Shown here piece by piece: positions 16,894 through 25,109 of a DNA stretch of 29,500 nt (the stretch's first letter is position 1; the number at the start of each line of letters is the position of its first letter). Below the pieces are notes generated by a model that had not been told where the DNA came from, made no database searches, and saw only the letters and a list, made by a program, of their open reading frames with translations. Source of the DNA: a virus (Duplodnaviria; Caudoviricetes); the IMG/VR virus record IMGVR_UViG_3300025723_000131, positions 1 to 29,500 of that record; one strand, 5' to 3'. Made by a program: the position numbers and the translations under genes.

Positions 16894-18108
16894 ATGTCTT
16901 TAAGCTTTCCACAAAACCCTACGCCAGGTCAAGTAACCACACAAGGTGGCAAAACTTGGTATTATGATGGAGTGCATTGGAATCCAGGAGGCACACCAGG
17001 ATACCAAGGATCATTAGGGTTTCAAGGTTCAGTAGGTTTTCAAGGATCAGCATCATTTGGTGGTTATCAAGGTTCTGTAGGCTTTCAGGGTTCTTTTGGT
17101 TTTCAAGGCTCTGTTGGCTTTCAAGGTTCTGTGGGTTTCCAAGGTTCCGCAGCGTTTGGTGGTTACCAAGGTTCCGTAGGCTTTCAGGGTTCTGTGGGGT
17201 TCCAAGGTTCCGTAGGCTTTCAGGGTTCAGCAGGTTTCCAAGGATCAGTTGGTTTCCAAGGTTCTGTAGGATATCTTGGATCGCAAGGCATTGCCAACGT
17301 ATCAGTCTCAGATACACCCCCAGCCTCTCCCCAAAATGGATACTTGTGGCTTGATACTACAACTGGTGCATTAAACTTATACTATGGAAGTAATAGTGTA
17401 TGGATTTCTGCATCTTCTGTTGGCTTACCAGGTCCTATAGGGTATCAAGGGTCAGTGGGTTTTCAAGGATCTGTTGGATATCAAGGTTCTGTTTCGTTTG
17501 GTGGTTACCAAGGTTCTGTAGGCTTTCAGGGTTCCGTGGGTTTCCAAGGTTCAGTGGGTTTCCAAGGTTCAGTAGGAAACCAAGGTATATCAGGATTTCA
17601 AGGAAGTGTTGGGTTCCAAGGTTCCGTAGGCTTTCAAGGTTCAGCAGGCTTCCAAGGTTCATTAGGGGCATCGGGATTCCAAGGTTCTGTTGGCTTCCAA
17701 GGGTCGGTAGGTAGCGTAGGATTTTCAGGTTCAACAGGCTCAGTTTTACAAACTATTACTGTTGCTCTTTCTGATGAAGTTACACCTCTATCTGTAGCTT
17801 CCCCTGCAATGACGATTAGGGCTCCATTTGCCTTTACTTTAAATGCTATCCCTAGAGCTATGTTGACAGGCAGTGGTACAACAGCAACAGTTATAGATAT
17901 TAGAGTTGGTACTACTACAAATAGTATTTTTGGAACAAATAAATTACAGATAGATATAGGTAATACAACTTCAGTTGCCTCATCAACACAGGCTACTTGG
18001 ACACCAGGGTCAGTAGTGGCTGATGATACGCCAATTTACTATTATATAACCTCTGCAGGTACAAATGCTGTTGGTTTGAAAGCAACAATTTACTTCTTGA
18101 GAAATTAA
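16894..18108 (+). CDS. Collagen-like fibre protein (404 aa) with GFQGSV repeats
   Basis: N-terminal MSLSFP..P..GQ....GG.TW...G..W module, two GFQGS tracts flanking an SDTPP...LWLDT module, and a ~120-aa C-terminal globular domain. Confidence 0.82.
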   Translation: MSLSFPQNPTPGQVTTQGGKTWYYDGVHWNPGGTPGYQGSLGFQGSVGFQGSASFGGYQGSVGFQGSFGFQGSVGFQGSVGFQGSAAFGGYQGSVGFQGSVGFQGSVGFQGSAGFQGSVGFQGSVGYLGSQGIANVSVSDTPPASPQNGYLWLDTTTGALNLYYGSNSVWISASSVGLPGPIGYQGSVGFQGSVGYQGSVSFGGYQGSVGFQGSVGFQGSVGFQGSVGNQGISGFQGSVGFQGSVGFQGSAGFQGSLGASGFQGSVGFQGSVGSVGFSGSTGSVLQTITVALSDEVTPLSVASPAMTIRAPFAFTLNAIPRAMLTGSGTTATVIDIRVGTTTNSIFGTNKLQIDIGNTTSVASSTQATWTPGSVVADDTPIYYYITSAGTNAVGLKATIYFLRN

Positions 18109-18112
18109 TATT

Positions 18113-19651
18113 ATGACAGCTTTTGTTATTGATTCGTTTAAAACATTTCCCCTTGTAAGCAACACACTTATTTCTACTTTTAGTGCTGGTGATAGTACAT
18201 TTACAGGGCCAAATGTATATTTGCGAAATATTGCAGTAGACAAATATCAAAATATCTACGTAGCAGGGTATACTGCAAATTCGCTGTCCTCAACGACAAC
18301 GTACATCGCTACTATTTTCAAAATGAATAAATCTGGTTCAACAGTATGGCAAACCTTCATGAAAGGCAATGGTGGTGTACAATTTGGTACAGGGTCGGGA
18401 ACCAGAGCAGAAGTAATATTAGTAGATTCTACATCTACATATGTTTACGTAGTGGGGTATAACAATGGCAGTGTATTTTTACTAAAACTAGACTACAATT
18501 CCAATGTAATTTTTCAAAATTTAATAACAAATACTTCTGCAATATTAGACGAAGCACCAACACTAAGTGCTGCGTTAGATCCTAACGATGGAAGTATTGT
18601 AATAGCTGGAAGCGATATAAACGGTAGTGGTTTTGTAGCAAAATATTCTAGTGCTGGTTCAGTTATATTCATAAAAAATATTCTTCAATATACAACACTA
18701 TATGGCTGGACTAGAAGTGACAGCAATTCCTTTGGAGGAATTGCTGTAGATAGCAATAGCAACATATATGCTGTAGCAGGAACTTCTTATAGTGGGTGGT
18801 CATTGGGGTATGTAAACCCTATTTACAAAATAAACTCTACAGGCACTACAGTTATTAATACTTGTGCATTTTATACAAGTTCTAGCAGCAACAACTCGAT
18901 TACACTTAATGGCATGACTATTGATTCTGGTAATAATATATACATTTCAGGAACAATTACACATCAAGCAAATACAACTTATAGTTATTCACAGCCAATG
19001 GTAGCTAAAATTAATAATACACTGAATACTATTATAGGACAAAGACAGGTACTGACACCAAACACGTTTGCCAGTAGTTCCCTTTCATATACAAGAGGTA
19101 TAATAATAGATAAAGCATCTTCAAATGTCTATTATACGAGTCTTGTGGAAGAGATAAATTCAAATTTTATAATAAACAATAAATACATTTTAATGCAATA
19201 CTCCAATACTTTATCTTCAACTTTTAATATATCTGAATACTCAACATTTTACAATCGAACATCCAGTAATACAAATATAAGTCCTTCGTCGGGAGGGGCT
19301 TACGTTGATGCAAACAACAACATATATACATCCCAATCTGGTGAATTTCAAGTTGGTGGTACAAATATTGTATCTGGGTTTGTTGTAAAACAACCAGCAT
19401 CTGGATACAAATCAGGATCATATGGTCCTCTGGGAACAGGAACATATGTTCCTTATGTGAATTTATATTCTACTAATATATACACAGATGCTGCTGGAGT
19501 TGCTAGTATTTTCGTTGCCAATTCATCAATTACAATTACCACATCGAGTAACTCTTCGCTAGTAACATCAACATTCTCTAATACTTTTTTTACATTCTTC
19601 AGTGGGTCCACTAACGCATACGTTACCAACGTAGCTACTATTTTTGTTTAA
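18113..19651 (+). CDS. Predicted beta-propeller protein (512 aa), candidate receptor-binding tip
   Basis: Recurrent blade motifs IAVDKYQNIYVAGY, ILVDSTSTYVYVVGY, AALDPNDGSIVIAG, IAVDSNSNIYAV, MTIDSGNNIYISG, IIIDKASSNVYY and AYVDANNNIY (SBBP/NHL-like, seven visible). Confidence 0.72.
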   Translation: MTAFVIDSFKTFPLVSNTLISTFSAGDSTFTGPNVYLRNIAVDKYQNIYVAGYTANSLSSTTTYIATIFKMNKSGSTVWQTFMKGNGGVQFGTGSGTRAEVILVDSTSTYVYVVGYNNGSVFLLKLDYNSNVIFQNLITNTSAILDEAPTLSAALDPNDGSIVIAGSDINGSGFVAKYSSAGSVIFIKNILQYTTLYGWTRSDSNSFGGIAVDSNSNIYAVAGTSYSGWSLGYVNPIYKINSTGTTVINTCAFYTSSSSNNSITLNGMTIDSGNNIYISGTITHQANTTYSYSQPMVAKINNTLNTIIGQRQVLTPNTFASSSLSYTRGIIIDKASSNVYYTSLVEEINSNFIINNKYILMQYSNTLSSTFNISEYSTFYNRTSSNTNISPSSGGAYVDANNNIYTSQSGEFQVGGTNIVSGFVVKQPASGYKSGSYGPLGTGTYVPYVNLYSTNIYTDAAGVASIFVANSSITITTSSNSSLVTSTFSNTFFTFFSGSTNAYVTNVATIFV

Positions 19652-19653
19652 TG

Positions 19654-19661
19654 TATAAATA
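19654..19661 (+). promoter_or_regulatory. T4-type late promoter TATAAATA
   Basis: Perfect consensus in an intergenic gap, followed by an AAGGT RBS and the ATG at 19680. Confidence 0.85.
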
Positions 19662-19679
19662 TTACTAAAAAAGGTACAA

Positions 19680-21518
19680 ATGTCATTATCATTTCCTTCA
19701 AGTCCTTCAGTAGGACAATTAACAGTTACAGGTGGACAAACCTGGAGATGGACAGGCACTACGTGGACTATAGTAGGCAACTCAGGATATCAAGGTAGTC
19801 TAGGGTATCAGGGTAGCGCTGGTGCTACTGGTCCCATCTCTGGTTCCAACACACAAGTACTTTTTAACGACAGTAGCTTTGCAAATGGATCACCTTCCCT
19901 TACCTTTAATAAATCTACTAACACCACATATATGGGTGTTACTTCAGTCAACACCTCATTGACTGTCAATAATACATTTACAGCAAACGCTACTGGTGTT
20001 TTTATTACTAATCCTTATGGACCTCAAATAACACTCAATGGAGCAACATCTAACTATATTGCATTCAATAATGCTGATATTGGTACCCCATCTTTCTCGA
20101 CACCAAGTGTTGGTACAAGATTACAATTGTATGCAGGTGAATCTGGCAGCAGTGCTGATATAGCTGTTGGTACGGATGGTACTAATATGTGGCTTGGTGT
20201 TTCAACAGGTGCTGGTAGCTTTAACTTTTATGAAGGTACCTATCTATCAGCTCAATTAAATTATGGTGGTTTGACATTATATGGTGGTGGTATATTAAAT
20301 ACTTCTTTCTTAGATACTGGTAGTTCAGCATCAATATTCTATTCCAATGTCAGTATAGGTGCTGCAGGAACATTACCATCTGATAATGCAATTGCATTAG
20401 TAGTCAATAGTGCAGGTTCAGGCCTTTCTGGTGGCGGTGTACAATTTACAGCCAATAACAATGGTGGTGGTGCTATCCAAGGAACGGTTGGTGGTGGATT
20501 ACAGGTTTGGGTACATTCTGGAGCCGTAGGCTCAGAAACTTATATAGAACCAATTGTTATATCAAGCACAGGTGTAACTACATTCAATGCAAACTTGTCT
20601 GTAAATGCTGCATCATATATTGTTGTAGGTAATGCTACAACAAATACCGTTATTAATAGTACTTCTGTTTCAATTAACGGTAGTGTGTTAGTGTCAAACA
20701 CCTATGCTACCAATGCATACGTTTCCAACGCATTTTACCAATCAGCAGCAGTTGGTGTATCCAACTCCTATGCTACAGCATCATTAGTCAGTAACAACTA
20801 TGCTGTAACTGCGTTGGTGGGTAACTCATATGGAACTTCAGCTTTAGTAGGTAACAACTTTCTTTCTACAGGTACTACGGTTACCATTAATGCACCTACT
20901 ATTAAAAGTCCAATTAAGTTTTCAAGTGTTTCGTTGGGAACTGCAACTGCTGGTTACATGGAATATGATGGTACATATCTATACGGAACAGAAAATGCTA
21001 CTTCTGGTAGAGGTCACATTCCAACTATACAAACTTTTCGTGTCACAGCAAACGAAACAGCTTTTGGTGCAGCAATTGCTGACGTGTTTACTTCACCAAG
21101 TTCAGTTTCTTTAGAAGCAACTTCTGTTTATATAATTAGATGTTGGGTTTATTTTACTAAAAATACAGCAGGTACTGCTACATGGACACAGACATTTAGT
21201 TCTGCACCAACAATTGTGAATGGTTATCAATATGTAACGCCAGTTACAGGTATGACTGCTGCAACCGCAGCTGCTTATACACAGATAGAGCAATATTTCT
21301 ACGACCAAGGTGCTGCAACGTGGGCATGGAATCCTTCTGCTACATCGTTAACAACGGCAGTCAACCATATGTATATGCTACAGATGTGGGTTACCACTAA
21401 CGCTGCCACTAACTGGAGATTACGCTTGACACAATCTGCTGGTACTGCAACAGTGCTAGCTGGTAGTTTTTATACTGTTGAAAAGATTAGTATATCTTCA
21501 GGTGCATTCGCTGCATAA
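19680..21518 (+). CDS. Tail fibre-like protein (612 aa)
   Basis: Same MSLSFP...GQ...GG.TW...G..W N-terminal module as the 16894 protein, a short GYQGS tract, a GSNTQVLFND..FANGSPSLTFNK fibre motif, beta-rich body and a distinct C-terminal domain. Confidence 0.75.
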   Translation: MSLSFPSSPSVGQLTVTGGQTWRWTGTTWTIVGNSGYQGSLGYQGSAGATGPISGSNTQVLFNDSSFANGSPSLTFNKSTNTTYMGVTSVNTSLTVNNTFTANATGVFITNPYGPQITLNGATSNYIAFNNADIGTPSFSTPSVGTRLQLYAGESGSSADIAVGTDGTNMWLGVSTGAGSFNFYEGTYLSAQLNYGGLTLYGGGILNTSFLDTGSSASIFYSNVSIGAAGTLPSDNAIALVVNSAGSGLSGGGVQFTANNNGGGAIQGTVGGGLQVWVHSGAVGSETYIEPIVISSTGVTTFNANLSVNAASYIVVGNATTNTVINSTSVSINGSVLVSNTYATNAYVSNAFYQSAAVGVSNSYATASLVSNNYAVTALVGNSYGTSALVGNNFLSTGTTVTINAPTIKSPIKFSSVSLGTATAGYMEYDGTYLYGTENATSGRGHIPTIQTFRVTANETAFGAAIADVFTSPSSVSLEATSVYIIRCWVYFTKNTAGTATWTQTFSSAPTIVNGYQYVTPVTGMTAATAAAYTQIEQYFYDQGAATWAWNPSATSLTTAVNHMYMLQMWVTTNAATNWRLRLTQSAGTATVLAGSFYTVEKISISSGAFAA

Positions 21519-21527
21519 TAGTAAAGC

Positions 21528-21535
21528 TATAAATA
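21528..21535 (+). promoter_or_regulatory. T4-type late promoter TATAAATA
   Basis: Perfect consensus, intergenic, upstream of a TAGGAAG RBS and the ATG at 21570. Confidence 0.85.
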
Positions 21536-21569
21536 CTTAAAACAACACACCTCTTAGGAAGTTTCAATA

Positions 21570-22556
21570 ATGACTACTCAAATTTTTGTTTCCCAAATTA
21601 ATGGAACACAAGCCAACGGACAAAGTGCTTCAGCGGGTTCGATCATTACTTTTGGAAGTAATGGAGCGTATTGGGCTAATTCTTCTACATACACAGCTGT
21701 TGGTTTTCAAGGATCAGCAGGTTTTCAAGGATCACAGGGTGATACAGGTTATGTAGGATCGGTAGGTCTTTTAGGATTCCCTGGCGACACAGGCTTCCAA
21801 GGCTCTATGGGTGACGTTGGATACCAAGGTTCGGTTGGCGTGACTAGTATTGGTTATCAAGGATCAATTGGTGATATTGGTTTCCAAGGTTCAGTAGGTT
21901 ACATGGGCAGCACAGGTGTTGCTATTGGTTACAATGGTTCTGTTGGATATTTGGGCTCTGCAGGCTTTAGAGGTTCACAAGGTAGTACTGGATACACAGG
22001 TTCAGCAGGCACAGTTGCATTTACTACTTTGATAGATGCACCTTCTTCATATACTGGACACGCTGGTAACTTCTTAAGAGTAAATGCAGCAGCAACTGGA
22101 ATTGTATTTGACTCCAATACATACATTACCAATAACATGGTAACAGATGTTAATTTCAATAGCAACACGATATATGTTCCTGTATTCCAAGGATATGGTG
22201 AAAATGTAAATAATCTTGCCAATCGTAGCATAAGCACAACAGTATCGTTATCTCTTGGCAACATTGTTAATATTACGCTGACAGCAAGTATTGTTCCAAT
22301 CGTAATGGATACCACAGGATTAGTATCAGGTAAGTTATATTCGTATACCTTCTTTGTTGCACAGGATCCTTATGGTTCAAGAACAATTGACTGGTCTAAT
22401 CAAACAATATACTGGCCTACATCAGAGAACGTCCCTTCAACAGGTCCTACTCTTTCAACAACAGGTGGATATGTAGACATCATTAACTTGTATACGATTG
22501 ATGGTGGTGCTACTTGGTTTGGTATGTTGGCTGCTAAAGGATTTGCAGGTATTTAA
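21570..22556 (+). CDS. Short collagen-like fibre protein (328 aa) with C-terminal phage tail domain
   Basis: ~100-aa G[FY]xGS tract. C-terminal module SLGNIVNITLT...QDPYGSRTIDW...IYWP...PTLSTT..YVDIINLYTIDGGATWFG. Confidence 0.78.
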   Translation: MTTQIFVSQINGTQANGQSASAGSIITFGSNGAYWANSSTYTAVGFQGSAGFQGSQGDTGYVGSVGLLGFPGDTGFQGSMGDVGYQGSVGVTSIGYQGSIGDIGFQGSVGYMGSTGVAIGYNGSVGYLGSAGFRGSQGSTGYTGSAGTVAFTTLIDAPSSYTGHAGNFLRVNAAATGIVFDSNTYITNNMVTDVNFNSNTIYVPVFQGYGENVNNLANRSISTTVSLSLGNIVNITLTASIVPIVMDTTGLVSGKLYSYTFFVAQDPYGSRTIDWSNQTIYWPTSENVPSTGPTLSTTGGYVDIINLYTIDGGATWFGMLAAKGFAGI

Positions 22557-22558
22557 TA

Positions 22559-24175
22559 ATGGCCATTACCCAATTTACATCTGAAAACCAATCTATTGTA
22601 GCCAATGTTCCTGTATACATTCCTGACTATGCTGTATTGTTTTATTATGATGTTGATCTAAGTCTTTTCAATACAAACAATGGCACAAACAACGGTGTAA
22701 TAAATCAAGATTACTATAGACAAGTAAAGGAATTTTGTTATCCTAATTTGCCTACTAATGTTCTTGCATTTGGTGACACAGATGGTCCTTCTTATGGAGC
22801 CTGGAATCAAACTCTAGGTATGTATCATAAGCCAATTATTACATTATTAGATGACACATATGGTACACTGCTTGATATTAGTGGAGCACACAACCCAACA
22901 ACGATAGGGTTTAGAACTTCTATTCCTTATTCATGGGGTGCTCTATCTGGCGATCCTCTAACTACAGGCAAAGGTAATACATATACCTCTCAAACATCAC
23001 CTGTTCCTGGCCACTATCATTCATTGAATGGTCTTGATATTAACAAACAAATTATTAAATATACCACCACATCATCAGCTTCGTTGTTTGGTGTTACTGA
23101 TTATTCAGGAAACACAAACACCCTTGGTCTACCACTAACTAAAGTCAACCCTTTGTTAAGAGACCCTAATTTAAACAAGGGTAATGATAAGATTGGATGG
23201 TTACCTCAAGATATTCTTGTGTTTGGCAACAATCTTCCTACAGACCATTACACTCAGTCAGACAACAAACACTTTGCTCCTGGTAGCACTAATCCTATTA
23301 CAGGTTTGCCTAGAACAACCTATGGTGCATCTGGTAATACCATTACTGGATCCAACAATTCTATCCTAGCGTTTCAATTAAATAGCACAGGATATTTTGA
23401 TAATCAAAACAACGATTGGACTTCTTATAATAGCAATGCAGGATTTAATGTAAGTTTATTTTCTAATACAAGTGGTGCTCATACCCATACAGGTATTATT
23501 CCTAAGGTCAATCAACTATCCACCAAAACAAGTCAAGTGGCTAATGTATTAATAAACTCAGGATTACATTCACACCTAGTAACCTACAATACAACACTAG
23601 GGTTAAACATAACTAAGTTAAAAGGTTGGATTACTACCAGCTCTCAAACACCAATTGCAAACGGTGTAATAATTGGGTATGCATTAAGTAATAATCTTGG
23701 TTACTCTGGTCCTGATTTAGACGTTTCTGGTAATCTTCCTCCCAACTGGCATTTTTGTGATGGTACAAATGGAACTCCTGACTTAAGAAGTCAATTTATT
23801 TTAGTTAATATGAATCCATCAGATCCCGATCATGGTGTACAGCTTGCGAATGGAATGGGAATGATGGGTCCTGATATAGGAACATTGACATTTAATAACA
23901 TAACAGTACAAGCCAACGGTTACCATTCACACGTAAGTCCAGCTGGCAAAAAGATATCAAGTCCTACAATATATGGCACTACTACTGACATAGGTAGTCA
24001 TGATTTTGAATCAGGTACAAATCACACACATCCTATATCGACTGTATTTTCATTTCCAGATCCTTTGACAGGTCAATATCTTAACAATATTACTTCTACA
24101 CAGAATAATCAATTTGATTTGGTACCTCCTAATGTAAATTTAGGATTCATAATGTATAACAATACTATAGCATAA
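22559..24175 (+). CDS. Tail collar / His-x-His needle-type protein (538 aa), candidate fibre tip
   Basis: LPPNWHFCDGTNGTPDLRSQFI collar motif, five HxH motifs (HYH, HTH, HSH, HSH, HTH) and a terminal PPNVNLGFIM, as in gp12/gp37-tip-like proteins. Confidence 0.75.
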   Translation: MAITQFTSENQSIVANVPVYIPDYAVLFYYDVDLSLFNTNNGTNNGVINQDYYRQVKEFCYPNLPTNVLAFGDTDGPSYGAWNQTLGMYHKPIITLLDDTYGTLLDISGAHNPTTIGFRTSIPYSWGALSGDPLTTGKGNTYTSQTSPVPGHYHSLNGLDINKQIIKYTTTSSASLFGVTDYSGNTNTLGLPLTKVNPLLRDPNLNKGNDKIGWLPQDILVFGNNLPTDHYTQSDNKHFAPGSTNPITGLPRTTYGASGNTITGSNNSILAFQLNSTGYFDNQNNDWTSYNSNAGFNVSLFSNTSGAHTHTGIIPKVNQLSTKTSQVANVLINSGLHSHLVTYNTTLGLNITKLKGWITTSSQTPIANGVIIGYALSNNLGYSGPDLDVSGNLPPNWHFCDGTNGTPDLRSQFILVNMNPSDPDHGVQLANGMGMMGPDIGTLTFNNITVQANGYHSHVSPAGKKISSPTIYGTTTDIGSHDFESGTNHTHPISTVFSFPDPLTGQYLNNITSTQNNQFDLVPPNVNLGFIMYNNTIA

Positions 24176-24188
24176 TTGGAGATTATAG

Positions 24189-24806
24189 ATGATTACGGAA
24201 GAACAAATCAAGGAAGCTTTTCCTTCCGCAAAAGATGATATTGCAACAGCAATCGTGGATAGTATTGATATTTTATCAACCAAATATGAGATCAATTCTC
24301 CTTTGCGACTTGCTCATTTTCTTGCTCAGTGTGCACATGAGTCAGGTGGATTTAGAGTAACAGAAGAAAATTTAAACTACAAAGCTGAAGGTCTTGTTAC
24401 CACATTTCACAAGTACTTTCCTGATGAAGATACTGCTCAAGATTATGCACATAATCCAGAAAAGATTGCAAATAGAGTATATGCAAATCGTATGGGCAAT
24501 GGTGATGAAGATAGTGGTGATGGGTATCGCTTTCGTGGTCATGGTTTAATTCAATTGACTGGTAGACACAATTACACATATATGTCTCAAGACTTTGGTG
24601 TATCTCTTGATGAGGTTGTTGAGTTTCTTGCAACACCAAAAGGTGCAGTAGAATCAGCAGGATGGTTTTGGAAAAATAGTAAGGTCAACTCTGCTGCAGA
24701 TGAAGATAATTGTGAAGCTGTTACAAGAAAAGTAAATGGTGGAACTATTGGTCTAGATGAGCGTGAAGCAAACACTGCAAAGTTTAAAGAAATTCTTGGT
24801 GTATAA
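24189..24806 (+). CDS. Glycoside hydrolase family 19 (chitinase/lysozyme-like) lysin
   Basis: RLAHFLAQCAHESGGF...ENLNY, ANRVYANRMGNG...GDGYRFRGHGLIQLTGRHNY, SAGWFW, VTRKVNGG..GL.ER. GGAG RBS upstream. Confidence 0.93.
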   Translation: MITEEQIKEAFPSAKDDIATAIVDSIDILSTKYEINSPLRLAHFLAQCAHESGGFRVTEENLNYKAEGLVTTFHKYFPDEDTAQDYAHNPEKIANRVYANRMGNGDEDSGDGYRFRGHGLIQLTGRHNYTYMSQDFGVSLDEVVEFLATPKGAVESAGWFWKNSKVNSAADEDNCEAVTRKVNGGTIGLDEREANTAKFKEILGV

Positions 24807-25075
24807 TGCCTGACGTAGCAAGACTGGGTGATGGAAGCGATCATGGTGGAGTTATTATCTCATCTGCTTCCAAGACATCAGTAAATGGAATATTGGTTGC
24901 AAGAGTAGGAGATAGTCACTCTTGCCCTATTCCAGGACATGGAATAACATCGATTGCTTCAGGTTCAGGGCATTTTAGTTGTGAGGGTGCTTTGGTTGCT
25001 GTTATAGGAAGTGTTTGTGGTTGTGGAGCTAAAATTAGTGTTGGGAGCACCAACACTACAGCACCTTTAGGATAA
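24806..25075 (+). CDS. PAAR-repeat protein (spike tip; counterpart of T4 gp5.4)
   Basis: VARLGD..DHGG, VNGILVARVGD.HSCP..GH and VAVIGS.CGCGA with candidate metal-binding His/Cys residues. TAATG overlap with the GH19 stop codon. Confidence 0.9.
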   Translation: MPDVARLGDGSDHGGVIISSASKTSVNGILVARVGDSHSCPIPGHGITSIASGSGHFSCEGALVAVIGSVCGCGAKISVGSTNTTAPLG

Positions 25076-25082
25076 TTAATTC

Positions 25083-25090
25083 TATAAATA
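25083..25090 (+). promoter_or_regulatory. T4-type late promoter TATAAATA for the gp13-gp17 unit
   Basis: Perfect consensus, followed by an AAGGA RBS and the ATG at 25110. Confidence 0.88.
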
Positions 25091-25109
25091 TCTAAAAAGG
25101 ATATAAAAC

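Noticed and set aside
12942-17734. Many antisense and alternate-frame ORFs (e.g. 14661-15374 minus, 237 aa; 16919-17317; 16977-17354)
   Set aside because: These are shadows of the periodic GFQGS codons, which lack stops in other frames. They have no RBS or recognisable domains.
1-21518. Abundant N-x-S/T sequons in structural proteins suggesting N-glycosylation
   Set aside because: Rough hand counts (about 16 of 52 Asn in the 6060 protein, about 15 of 50 in the 19680 protein) are close to what the high Ser/Thr content predicts. A shuffling test would be needed to claim enrichment.
15973-24175. Diversity-generating retroelement or invertase shufflon acting on the tip genes
   Set aside because: No reverse transcriptase, recombinase, TR/VR pair or inverted cassettes are visible in the window.
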